Assembly (NCBI GenBank): GCA_034676685.1
Contig: JAUCBT010000006.1
Location: 6,983-70,982 of the forward strand
Direction: 5' to 3'
Length of the DNA stretch: 64,000 nucleotides
Source of the DNA: Xanthobacter sp.
GTDB lineage: Bacteria > Pseudomonadota > Alphaproteobacteria > Rhizobiales > Xanthobacteraceae
Each line of letters begins with the position of its first letter. Position 1 is the first letter of the stretch. The notes below the pieces were generated by a model that saw nothing but the letters and a program-made list of their open reading frames with translations, was not told where the DNA came from and did no database searches. Positions 9,160 to 17,602 of this stretch are shown piece by piece. The translations under genes and the position numbers were made by a program.

Positions 9160-10040
9160 GACACGGACCTCCTGGAAGGCAGGGCGTGGATAAAGCCCGC
9201 TATCTCATCCAGAACCGGCGCAAGCAGGCGCAATGGCCGCGCAAATGCCCCCAGAATGGAGGCATGATCCACGCGTGAATGGAACCGCGCGTTTACTTCA
9301 CCATCATGAGCCTGAATACAGGCCGCCAAGCGCGCAGTGTTGCCGGGATCGACGATGTTGTCCTTGGAACCGGTGACGAGAAAGACCGGAGCTTCACCTC
9401 CGCAGACATAATTGATCGGCTGGCTGAGGGGATGCTCATGCTCGGGACCGAAGATTTCTTCCAGTGTCAGCGTGTTCAGGGGCAGAAAATCATATGGTCC
9501 GGCCAGACCCGCCATGCCGGCAAGATCACGCGTCGCATCCAGCCCCACCTCTGCCAGCCATTGCCTGTCAAAGGCCAACATGGCCGCGATGTGTGCGCCT
9601 GCCGAATGGCCCACAACAACCATCCGGCCGGGGTCACCGCCAAATTCGGTTGCATGCTCTTGCGCCCAGCGCACAGCTTGTGCGGCATCTTGAAGGAACC
9701 CCGGAAAGCAAACCTCGGGATAGACCCGATAATCGGGGATCATGGTCACGATGCCCCGGCTTGCCAGCGCTGCTCCGACAAACCGATAAAGCGCGCGGTC
9801 TCCCTCTTCCCAGCCGCCGCCATAGAAAAACACAGCCACCGGGCGATCTGTGACCGCTTTAGCCGGAAGATAGACATCCAGCCCATGGCGTGGGCCCGGA
9901 CCATAGGCGTGCCCAGCACTGACCCGCACGGCCTCCAGCCGCGAAAGGACATTCAGCGTCGCAATCGGCACGAGCCAAGCGATGGTTGCGCCGCCTGCAA
10001 GAACAGCAAGCGCGATGAGCAAAAAGGCATCGCGCATCAT
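9156..10040 (-). CDS. Alpha/beta hydrolase (esterase/arylformamidase-like) with N-terminal membrane anchor
   Basis: Oxyanion region FFYGGGW and nucleophile elbow GHSAGAH. It starts 4 nt after the chrR stop, so it is probably co-transcribed with rpoE-chrR. Confidence 0.8.
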   Translation of the reverse strand: MMRDAFLLIALAVLAGGATIAWLVPIATLNVLSRLEAVRVSAGHAYGPGPRHGLDVYLPAKAVTDRPVAVFFYGGGWEEGDRALYRFVGAALASRGIVTMIPDYRVYPEVCFPGFLQDAAQAVRWAQEHATEFGGDPGRMVVVGHSAGAHIAAMLAFDRQWLAEVGLDATRDLAGMAGLAGPYDFLPLNTLTLEEIFGPEHEHPLSQPINYVCGGEAPVFLVTGSKDNIVDPGNTARLAACIQAHDGEVNARFHSRVDHASILGAFARPLRLLAPVLDEIAGFIHALPSRRSVS

Positions 10041-10044
10041 GCAC

Positions 10045-10719
10045 CTATAGCCGGACGAAAGGCTGGAGCAGACGGCCCAGAAAGCCGCTCAGCCGCATGC
10101 TGCCATCAAAAGCAGCAAGGCAAATGCACTCGCCATCCGGGTCGACAATTGGCTGGTGCTCGATCTCATGGTCCATTTCTGCAAGGTCTCCGGGCATATA
10201 GCGCCCGTATTCATCGGAGAATGACCCCACCAGAACCTGCGTGAATTCCGTGCCGAAATGGCCATGCTCTGGCAATTTGCGCCCGGGACCAACCCGAAGC
10301 AGGGTGAGCCGTGCAGAGGGCTCATCGGGCAAGCGAAGTGCGCTGGCCCGCACCCCAAGCCCAATCCATCGCCACGGGCCCATTTCGCACTGTCGCAGCG
10401 GCGCGGGAAGCGGAATGCCGCCCGGGAGTGTCGCCGGCGCGTGCGCGGAACGTATTGAATCCGGCACCACGGCTGTCACCCCGTTCCCGTCTTCGGCATC
10501 AATCATCCGCATAACCGCAGCGAAGGCATCCGGTGCCATTGGAGCAGGCTCCATGTCTTCCAGAAGCGCACCGCCAACAGCTTCAAACTGCGCCACACGG
10601 CTGCGGCAGGTGGCGCACCCTTCCAGATGGGTCGCAACAACCATAGTCGCCCCTGCGGGCAGCCGACCCGCCGCATAGCGCATCAGCGTTTCATCAGTTG
10701 CGTGATGACGGATTTTCAT
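10045..10719 (-). CDS. chrR: ChrR-family anti-sigma-E factor (zinc-binding ASD plus cupin domain)
   Basis: ZAS-type HLEGCATC motif and a C-terminal cupin-like GHFGTEFTQVLVGSFSDEYG. There is a 4-nt ATGA overlap with the sigma-factor stop (10716-10719). Confidence 0.85.
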   Translation of the reverse strand: MKIRHHATDETLMRYAAGRLPAGATMVVATHLEGCATCRSRVAQFEAVGGALLEDMEPAPMAPDAFAAVMRMIDAEDGNGVTAVVPDSIRSAHAPATLPGGIPLPAPLRQCEMGPWRWIGLGVRASALRLPDEPSARLTLLRVGPGRKLPEHGHFGTEFTQVLVGSFSDEYGRYMPGDLAEMDHEIEHQPIVDPDGECICLAAFDGSMRLSGFLGRLLQPFVRL

Positions 10720-11282
10720 GACTTGTCTTCCAGCAGCGCGCGCAGCCGCCCAAGGGCAAGGCGCACGCGTGATTTCACGGTCCCGAGCGGCAGACCAAGC
10801 TCGGCGGCAATTTCCGAATGCGCCTTGTCATTGAAGAAGGACAGTCGCAGCACGGTTGCCTGGTCATCAGAAAGAGTCTGCATCGCCGCACGCACGCTGG
10901 CCTCTCGTTCGGAGGTCAGAAGCAGCGCTTCTCCGGAAGGCGCGGTTCCCTCCTCATCCGGCACCGCACTTTCCGCCGTGGCCACCACGCGATTGCGACG
11001 CAGATGGTCGATGCGCAGATTGCGGGCGATGGTGAAAATCCAGGTTGCTGCGCCCGCGCGGGCGGGGTCGAAATACCCAGCCTTGCGCCAGACCGAGAGC
11101 ATCACCTCCTGCGCGATCTCCTCGGCGGTATTGGCCGGCAGGCCGGATTTGCGCAGGAAAGCATGCAGACGCGGGGCGAAATACGCATAGAGGCGCGCAA
11201 AGGCCTGCCGGTCCTGCTCAGACGCAATCCGCACGATCAGGCGCGCCAGTTCCGCGCCATCAGGCCGCGCGCCGTCTTCCAT
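10716..11282 (-). CDS. rpoE: ECF RNA polymerase sigma factor (RpoE, ChrR-partnered group)
   Basis: Sigma-70 region 2 (AEEIAQEVMLSVWRKAGYFD...ATWIFTIARNLRIDHLRR) and region 4 (QATVLRLSFFNDKAHSEIAAELGLPLGTVKSRVRLAL). I placed the start at ATG 11282 because the sigma-E-type -10 element sits only 9 nt from ATG 11366. Confidence 0.85.
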   Translation of the reverse strand: MEDGARPDGAELARLIVRIASEQDRQAFARLYAYFAPRLHAFLRKSGLPANTAEEIAQEVMLSVWRKAGYFDPARAGAATWIFTIARNLRIDHLRRNRVVATAESAVPDEEGTAPSGEALLLTSEREASVRAAMQTLSDDQATVLRLSFFNDKAHSEIAAELGLPLGTVKSRVRLALGRLRALLEDKS

Positions 11283-11375
11283 CAGATGTGTCACCACATG
11301 CCCCCGTCGCGGGGGCCGGCGCGGATCTGACCCACCGCAGAGGGGATGTTCCAGCACAGCATTCATGATCCCTTC

Positions 11376-11401
11376 TACGCATCATCCCCGCCATCGGATC
11401 A
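11376..11401 (-). promoter_or_regulatory. Sigma-E-type promoter (TGATCC-N16-CGTA) for the rpoE-chrR operon (autoregulatory)
   Basis: On the minus strand, TGATCC lies at 11401-11396, followed by a 16-nt spacer and CGTA at 11379-11376. Confidence 0.55.
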
Positions 11402-11413
11402 TGCGGCGGGCAG

Positions 11414-11439
11414 TGATCCAGAGGGAAGTCGACTGCGTA
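11414..11439 (+). promoter_or_regulatory. Sigma-E-type promoter (TGATCC-N16-CGTA) for the divergent FAD-oxidoreductase/DUF1365/CFA-synthase-like operon
   Basis: TGATCC at 11414-11419, a 16-nt spacer, and CGTA at 11436-11439. It lies 52 nt upstream of ATG 11491. Confidence 0.55.
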
Positions 11440-11490
11440 CACATTAGACAATGCCGCCTCATCACTCCACCGGTCCGGGAAGCACGTGCC

Positions 11491-12852
11491 ATGAACATTC
11501 GTCAGGACCTCGCCCGAGAGGAGGGATTGCGCATTGCGGTCATCGGCTCCGGCATTTCCGGTCTGTCAGCGGCATGGCTTCTGTCCACGCGTCATGATGT
11601 GACCCTGTTTGAGGCCGAGGGGCGGCTGGGCGGCCACTCCAATACGGTGGAGGTCGAAGGCGTGCCGGTCGATACCGGCTTCATCGTCTATAACGAAAAA
11701 ACCTATCCGAACCTCACCGCATTGTTCGCCCATCTGGAAGTGCCAACGCGCGACTCGGACATGTCGTTCGCGGTTTCCCTGGATGGCGGGCGGCTGGAAT
11801 ATTCAGGCACCGGAATACGTGGCCTGTTTGCACAGAAGCGCAATCTGGTCTCGCCCCGTTTCGCCTCCATGCTGGCCGACCTGCTGCGTTTCTATCGCAA
11901 TGCCCGCCGCGACCTGCCGGCCATGGGGCTGGAGAGCCTCGACACCTATCTGGACGCCCACAATTATGGTGATGCCTTCCGGCGTGATCATCTCTATCCC
12001 ATGGCAGCGGCCATCTGGTCGACCCCGGCAGAGAGTGTCGGGCGCTATCCGGCTGCCGCCTTCGTGCGGTTCTGCGACAATCACGGCCTGCTGCAATTTC
12101 TGGATCGCCCGATCTGGCGCACCGTCATGGGGGGAAGTCGGGCCTATGTTTCGCGGCTGCGCAAGGATTTTAAAGGCCGGATCGTGACGAACCAGCCCGT
12201 GCGCGGCGTGAGACGCGCGCCGGAGGGTGTGGTCGTCACCCATGGTGAGGGCAAGACCAGCCATTTCGATCATGTGGTTATCGCGACCCATGCCGATCAG
12301 GCCCTCGCCATGCTGGACCAGCCCAGCATTGCGGAAAGCAACCTGCTTGGCGCATTTCGTTACAGCCGGAACACCGCCATTCTTCATGACGATGTCCGGC
12401 TTATGCCGCGTCGCCGTGTGGCATGGGCCGCATGGAATTATCTGGCAGACAGGCGCGTCGATGAAAAGCTGTGCGTCACCTACTGGATGAACCTGTTGCA
12501 GGACATCCCGAAAGACAGGCAACTGTTCGTCACGCTCAACCCGACACAAGAGCCTGCCCCCGCATCGGTTGCATACCGCACGGACTATGAGCACCCCTTG
12601 TTCGATGCCAGGGCGATGGCGGCCCAATCCCGGCTGTGGTCACTTCAGGGTGATGGCGGGGTTTGGTTCTGTGGCGCCTATTTCGGTGCGGGTTTTCACG
12701 AAGACGGACTTCAGGCCGGGCTTGCCGTGGCAGAGGCTCTGGGCGGCGTGCGACGCCCATGGCAGGTTGCCGATGAATCCGGCCGTATCTTCCTTGAGCG
12801 TTCTGCTGCACCGGCGCGGTGGGACTGGACAGCAACGGAGCTGGCCTCATGA
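11491..12852 (+). CDS. NAD/FAD-binding oxidoreductase (amine-oxidase/desaturase-like, COG2907-type)
   Basis: The dinucleotide fold RIAVIGSGISGLSAAWLL...LFEAEGRLGGH appears right after ATG 11491. The upstream 42 codons of the tracked ORF cover the promoter region. Confidence 0.8.
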   Translation: MNIRQDLAREEGLRIAVIGSGISGLSAAWLLSTRHDVTLFEAEGRLGGHSNTVEVEGVPVDTGFIVYNEKTYPNLTALFAHLEVPTRDSDMSFAVSLDGGRLEYSGTGIRGLFAQKRNLVSPRFASMLADLLRFYRNARRDLPAMGLESLDTYLDAHNYGDAFRRDHLYPMAAAIWSTPAESVGRYPAAAFVRFCDNHGLLQFLDRPIWRTVMGGSRAYVSRLRKDFKGRIVTNQPVRGVRRAPEGVVVTHGEGKTSHFDHVVIATHADQALAMLDQPSIAESNLLGAFRYSRNTAILHDDVRLMPRRRVAWAAWNYLADRRVDEKLCVTYWMNLLQDIPKDRQLFVTLNPTQEPAPASVAYRTDYEHPLFDARAMAAQSRLWSLQGDGGVWFCGAYFGAGFHEDGLQAGLAVAEALGGVRRPWQVADESGRIFLERSAAPARWDWTATELAS

Positions 12853-13634
12853 GCGAAACCGATTCAGCTCTTTATGCCGGATCCGTCATGCATATGCGGG
12901 TGAAGCCGAAACGCCATCGCCTGTCCTATCGCATCTTCTCATTGCTGCTGGATCTGGATGAAATCGACGATCTGGACCGCAGATTGCATCTTTTCTCCCG
13001 GAACCGGTTCAACATTTTCAGCTTTTATGACCGCGACTATGGCGTGCCAGATGGTGGCTCGCTCCGGGAACAGGTAGAATGGTTGCTCGTCTCGGCGGGG
13101 CTGGAGCCGGATGGCGGGCAAGTGCGCTTGCTCACCATGCCCCGTTTGTTCGGCTATGCCTTCAACCCGATCAGTGTCTATTTCTGCTATCGGCGAAATG
13201 GCGGGCTTCTGGCCATTCTGTATGAGGTGAACAACACCTTCGGCCAGCGCCACTCTTATTTGATCCCGGTCAGCGCGAATGAAACATGGCCGCTGCGCCA
13301 GAAGGCGGACAAGCACTTCTTTGTCTCGCCCTTCATGGACATGGACCTCACCTACAGTTTTCGCATTCAACCTCCGGGAGAGGATGTGCGCATTGCCATT
13401 CTTGTCAGCGATGCTGAAGGACCTGTGTTGAGCGCGGTTCACGCCGCCACCCGGCATCCGCTGACCGATCGCCAGCTTGCCCGCGCCCTTGTTATCTATC
13501 CGCTGCTGACCCTGAAGGTGATGGCCGGCATCCACTGGGAAGCCCTATGGATCTGGGCCAAAGGCATCCGGTTGCGCCGGCGCCCGCCTGCTCCGGCCTC
13601 CCCCGTCAGCATTTCTCCGCCTCCCCATTCCTGA
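12849..13634 (+). CDS. DUF1365-family protein
   Basis: Starts MSETDSALYAGSVMHMRVKPKRHRLSYRIFSLLLDLDEID, the typical DUF1365 opening. There is an ATGA overlap with the upstream stop (12849-12852). Confidence 0.8.
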   Translation: MSETDSALYAGSVMHMRVKPKRHRLSYRIFSLLLDLDEIDDLDRRLHLFSRNRFNIFSFYDRDYGVPDGGSLREQVEWLLVSAGLEPDGGQVRLLTMPRLFGYAFNPISVYFCYRRNGGLLAILYEVNNTFGQRHSYLIPVSANETWPLRQKADKHFFVSPFMDMDLTYSFRIQPPGEDVRIAILVSDAEGPVLSAVHAATRHPLTDRQLARALVIYPLLTLKVMAGIHWEALWIWAKGIRLRRRPPAPASPVSISPPPHS

Positions 13635-13646
13635 GGATCGAACCTC

Positions 13647-14981
13647 ATGCAACCTCTTGCCCGCACACCACTCCCGAACTGCACGAACGCTGTCTTGCGT
13701 GAAGAATATGATCCGGGGCACGCATCTGGCGCACATGTGCGGACCCAGGACATGGAAAGCCGATCCAGCAATCACGAACCCCCTCATGCGCATGGTGGCG
13801 GACGCCCCTCTCACGGCCTGAAGGAGACGGTGCTGGCCCGCCTGTTCGGGCGGCTTGCGGTTGGCACGCTCACCGTGGTGACCCCTGAAGGGCGACGGCT
13901 GGTCTGGCGCGCGCCCGTCTCCGGGCCCGAGGCAACGCTGGTTCTGCATCGCTGGCGCGCATTGCGACGGCTGGTGACCGGCGGGGATCTCGCCTTCTCG
14001 GAAGCCTTCATTGCCGGAGACTGGTCGAGCCCCGACCTGCCGGCCTTCATCGAACTTGCCGCGCTCAATATCCCCCTGCTTGCCGCGCGTGTTGCCGCCC
14101 TTCCACCCGTGCGCCTGTGGAACCGGATACGTCATGCCCTGCGCGCCAATTCCAAGGCGGGAAGCCGCCGGAACATCTCGTTTCACTACGACCTTGGCAA
14201 TGATTTCTATCGCGCATGGCTTGATGACAGCATGAGCTACTCATCCGCCATTTACACCACACCAGACCAGAGTCTGGAGGCGGCACAGCAGGCCAAAATT
14301 GCCCGCATCATCACCCTTCTGGATATAAAGCCCAGTCAGGAGATTCTGGAAATCGGCTGCGGCTGGGGAGGGCTGGCCAGGGAGTTGGGGCGCAGTGGAG
14401 CTCATGTCACCGGCATCACGCTCTCACGGGAGCAACTGGAATATGGGCAAGACATGGTGCGTGCCGATCCTGCTTTTGGGTTGCAGGTAGAATTGCGCCT
14501 GCAGGATTATCGGGATGTCATGCAGCGTTATGATCGCATCGTTTCCATCGAGATGCTAGAAGCCGTCGGTGAAAACTACTGGCCATCCTATTTTGAAAAG
14601 CTTCGCGCTTGCCTGAAGCCGGGCGGACTGGCGGTTGTTCAGGTCATCACGATCGCGGAAGACCGCTTCGAGGACTACAAGCGCAAGACCGATTTCATCC
14701 AGCGCCATATCTTTCCGGGCGGCATGCTGCCGACCAAAACACACATTGCCGATCACGCCCGCCTTGCCGGTCTGGAACTGGTGGGACAGGAATGCTTCGG
14801 ACTGAGCTATGCCCACACCCTTGCAGCATGGCGCACACGTTTTCTGGCCGCTCAACCGGAAATGGAGCGGCTCGGCTTCAATCATGATTTCTGCCGGTTA
14901 TGGACCTATTATCTGAGCTATTGTGAAGGCGGGTTCCGCGCGGATGCCATTGATGTGGGGCTTTACACATTTAGAAATTGA
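13647..14981 (+). CDS. Cyclopropane-fatty-acyl-phospholipid synthase family SAM-dependent methyltransferase
   Basis: HYDLGNDFYRAWLDDSMSYSSAIY and the SAM motif ILEIGCGWGGLA. GAGGA lies 9 nt before ATG 13647. Confidence 0.85.
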   Translation: MQPLARTPLPNCTNAVLREEYDPGHASGAHVRTQDMESRSSNHEPPHAHGGGRPSHGLKETVLARLFGRLAVGTLTVVTPEGRRLVWRAPVSGPEATLVLHRWRALRRLVTGGDLAFSEAFIAGDWSSPDLPAFIELAALNIPLLAARVAALPPVRLWNRIRHALRANSKAGSRRNISFHYDLGNDFYRAWLDDSMSYSSAIYTTPDQSLEAAQQAKIARIITLLDIKPSQEILEIGCGWGGLARELGRSGAHVTGITLSREQLEYGQDMVRADPAFGLQVELRLQDYRDVMQRYDRIVSIEMLEAVGENYWPSYFEKLRACLKPGGLAVVQVITIAEDRFEDYKRKTDFIQRHIFPGGMLPTKTHIADHARLAGLELVGQECFGLSYAHTLAAWRTRFLAAQPEMERLGFNHDFCRLWTYYLSYCEGGFRADAIDVGLYTFRN

Positions 14982-15205
14982 TCGAGATGCAGATATTGCG
15001 GAGCTGACTGATTGCAAGACCACTGTTATGGATGATGATCGGGGTGATCCAGCTTCATGCATGTCGTTCTTCTGAACAGACTTGCGCATGCTGAAGCACA
15101 GACACCCTGATCCGAGATAAACAGAGCATGCACAGTCTTTTCAGCCTGTTTCATGCTCTCAAGTCCAGTCGGCGGGTGTTCGAGAAGAGGAGCCTGCCGC
15201 CCTCA

Positions 15206-16723
15206 TCAGCTCTCCAGAATATACTTCTCCCGCAATTTGAAACGGATTGCCTTCCCGGAACCTGTTCTTGGAATTTCATCAACCGCACGCAGGTCTGCCG
15301 GTATCTTGTATGGCGCAAGAATGTTTCGGCAATATTCGGTCATGCTCTCAAATGTCACGGGCTCAGATGACCAGACGACATAAGCCACGGGAACCTCACC
15401 AAGCGTTTCATGCGGCACGCCGACCACGACAGCATCCCGCACCGATGGATGAGTCAGAAGCGCCTCCTCGATCTCCGCAGGCGAGATGTTCTGCCCGCCG
15501 CGGATCACCAGTTCCTTGAGGCGTCCCGTAATGGTGAGGAAACCATTTTCATCGGAACGGGCCAGATCTCCGGTATGATACCAGCCATTGCGCAATGCCT
15601 TGGCCGTTTCTTCCGGCTTGTTCAGATATCCCAGCATGACATTGGGGCCAGAGCAGATCATCTCCCCTTCTTCACCGCGCGGACGATCCTCACAGGTGAT
15701 CGGGTCGACGATGCGCACGCATACACCTGGAACCGGCAACCCGCATGAGCCCATGACACGGCTCTGGCCCGGCCAGTTCATCGTTACCATGGTCGAGGTT
15801 TCGGTGATCCCATAGCCATCCAGCAGCTCAACCCCGAAATAGGTTTCAAAATCCCGATTGAGCGCAGCCGGAAGGATCGCACCGGCGGAAATACAAGCCC
15901 GAAGCCGCCCCAGATCGCACCCCCCCTTCTCCCGCGCGGTGAGAAGCAGATAGTGGAACATGGTGGGCACGCCCGGCAGCAGCGTCACTTCTCCGGCCTG
16001 CAACAGTTCCAGCGCGCGGCCGGGCGAAAAGCGCGTCATGATCCGTTCTGTTGCACCCGTGGCCAGAATGCCAAGGACCGTGATGTTGATCGCATAAGAG
16101 TGGAACAAGGGCAAAGGCGCCAACACCACATCATCCGCACACAGCCCGGTTATCGGCACCCAGCAGGCCGCATTGACCCAGAGCATCGAATGCACGGTGA
16201 GGATCACCCCCTTCGGCGTACCCGTGGTGCCCGACGTATAAACGATGAAGGCTGGTGCATGAATGTCCTCATCGGGTAATGCGCAAGAGGATGCGGCCGG
16301 CGACGGCAAGCCACCTTCGCGCCAGATGATGCGCGGCAGCTCCCGTCCTTTTTCCTGCATCTGCTCAATGACGGGACGAGTGGGCGCATCCGCAAAAATC
16401 ACCGCCGCGCTGCTGTCCTGAAGACGATACTCGGCTTCATGCAGGGTGGCCTCAACGGTGATGGGCACCGCGACACCACCGGCCCGGATCGTGGCCAGGG
16501 TCGCCACCACCCAGTCCACGGAATTGGCCAGCCAGATGGCAACGGACTGGCCGGGCTGCAACCCTCCCGCGATGAGGTCCCGCGCGAGCTCTGCCGTTTC
16601 AACCTCAAGACCAGCCCAAGTCGTGCTGCGTGTATCATCAATATAGGCAGTTTTATCTGGCCTTATCGCAGCATGTTGCAGCAGGAGCGTGCCGACTGGC
16701 GCAATCAGATCAAGTCTTATCAT
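15206..16723 (-). CDS. AMP-dependent acyl-CoA synthetase/ligase
   Basis: Adenylation motifs YTSGTTGTPKGV, DGYGITE, YHTGDLA, GRLKELVIRGGQNISPAEIE and PRTGSGKAIRF. ATG 16723 has GGGAGGA upstream. Confidence 0.85.
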   Translation of the reverse strand: MIRLDLIAPVGTLLLQHAAIRPDKTAYIDDTRSTTWAGLEVETAELARDLIAGGLQPGQSVAIWLANSVDWVVATLATIRAGGVAVPITVEATLHEAEYRLQDSSAAVIFADAPTRPVIEQMQEKGRELPRIIWREGGLPSPAASSCALPDEDIHAPAFIVYTSGTTGTPKGVILTVHSMLWVNAACWVPITGLCADDVVLAPLPLFHSYAINITVLGILATGATERIMTRFSPGRALELLQAGEVTLLPGVPTMFHYLLLTAREKGGCDLGRLRACISAGAILPAALNRDFETYFGVELLDGYGITETSTMVTMNWPGQSRVMGSCGLPVPGVCVRIVDPITCEDRPRGEEGEMICSGPNVMLGYLNKPEETAKALRNGWYHTGDLARSDENGFLTITGRLKELVIRGGQNISPAEIEEALLTHPSVRDAVVVGVPHETLGEVPVAYVVWSSEPVTFESMTEYCRNILAPYKIPADLRAVDEIPRTGSGKAIRFKLREKYILES

Positions 16724-16771
16724 TATTTCCTCCCGGTGGCGGGTGACCGCCTCCATACCCTTTATGGCGTG

Positions 16772-17548
16772 TCAGCAGCCGCGAAAGGCGGGGGCTCTTT
16801 TCGCGGCAAATGCCGCGCGCCCCTCGCGATAATCCGCGCTGTCAGCCGCGGCATCAATCAGATGCTCCGCTTCGACAGGATCAAAGCCGCCAATGGTATG
16901 GCCATTCAGGATATATTTCGCACCACCGATTGTAAGCGGCGCAGATGTGGCAGCCAGATCCCGGGCGAAGCTCATCGCCTCATCAAGAGGGGATACGCAA
17001 ACCTTGTCGATCAACCCCACATTCAGCGCATGCTCCGCACCAAAGCGATGTCCACCATAAAGAATGCGCTTGGCTTCACTCACCCCCACCAGCGCCAGAA
17101 GCTTGCGAGTGGCCTGCACCCCATACACGATCGACAGGCGCGCGGCGGGAATGCCAAACTGACCATCCGCGGGCGCGAAACGGAAATCGGCAGACATGGC
17201 CACATGCATGCCACCGCCCAGCGTGTAGCCCTTGCACGCCGCAATGACAGCCTTGGGACAGCGCGCAATGGCATCACACCCCAGATCCACGGCCACCTCA
17301 TAAGCGCGCGCCTGTGCGGTATCATCACGAATGCGCGCAAATTCGGCGATATCAGCGCCGGCGGTAAAGTCACTGCCCGCACCCGTGAGTACCACGGCCT
17401 TCACAGCCGGATCTCGCCCCAGATAGGAGAAGATCGTGTCAAGGCCATTCCACATGGCATAGGTCAGTGCATTGCGCTGCGCCGGCCTGTTCAAGGTCAC
17501 CAGCGCCACACCATCTTCGATGCTGACCACTATATCTGTCATCGTCAT
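16772..17548 (-). CDS. Crotonase-fold (enoyl-CoA hydratase/isomerase superfamily) protein, non-canonical active site
   Basis: Crotonase scaffold (LNRPAQRNAL, VLTGAGSDFTAGADI, GYTLGGG). Both canonical catalytic Glu positions are substituted: GGGMHVAM versus GGGCELAM, and FGIPAARLS versus FGQPEILLG. Confidence 0.8.
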   Translation of the reverse strand: MTMTDIVVSIEDGVALVTLNRPAQRNALTYAMWNGLDTIFSYLGRDPAVKAVVLTGAGSDFTAGADIAEFARIRDDTAQARAYEVAVDLGCDAIARCPKAVIAACKGYTLGGGMHVAMSADFRFAPADGQFGIPAARLSIVYGVQATRKLLALVGVSEAKRILYGGHRFGAEHALNVGLIDKVCVSPLDEAMSFARDLAATSAPLTIGGAKYILNGHTIGGFDPVEAEHLIDAAADSADYREGRAAFAAKRAPAFRGC

Positions 17549-17602
17549 TTTCCTGCGGGAATATGCGGCCAGCACAGGCAAACGGATGCTGGCCGCAGGA
17601 GA

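Noticed and set aside
6864-10244. ORFs 6864..7772 (-), 8433..8993 (+) and 9279..10244 (+)
   Set aside because: They are antisense to the IclR regulator, the DUF1295 gene and the alpha/beta hydrolase, all of which have clear signatures.
14898-15370. Small ORFs in and around the convergent cfa/ligase spacer (14898..15089, 15128..15370, 15153..15383)
   Set aside because: They overlap the 3' ends of well-supported genes, lack RBS signals and have no protein-like features.
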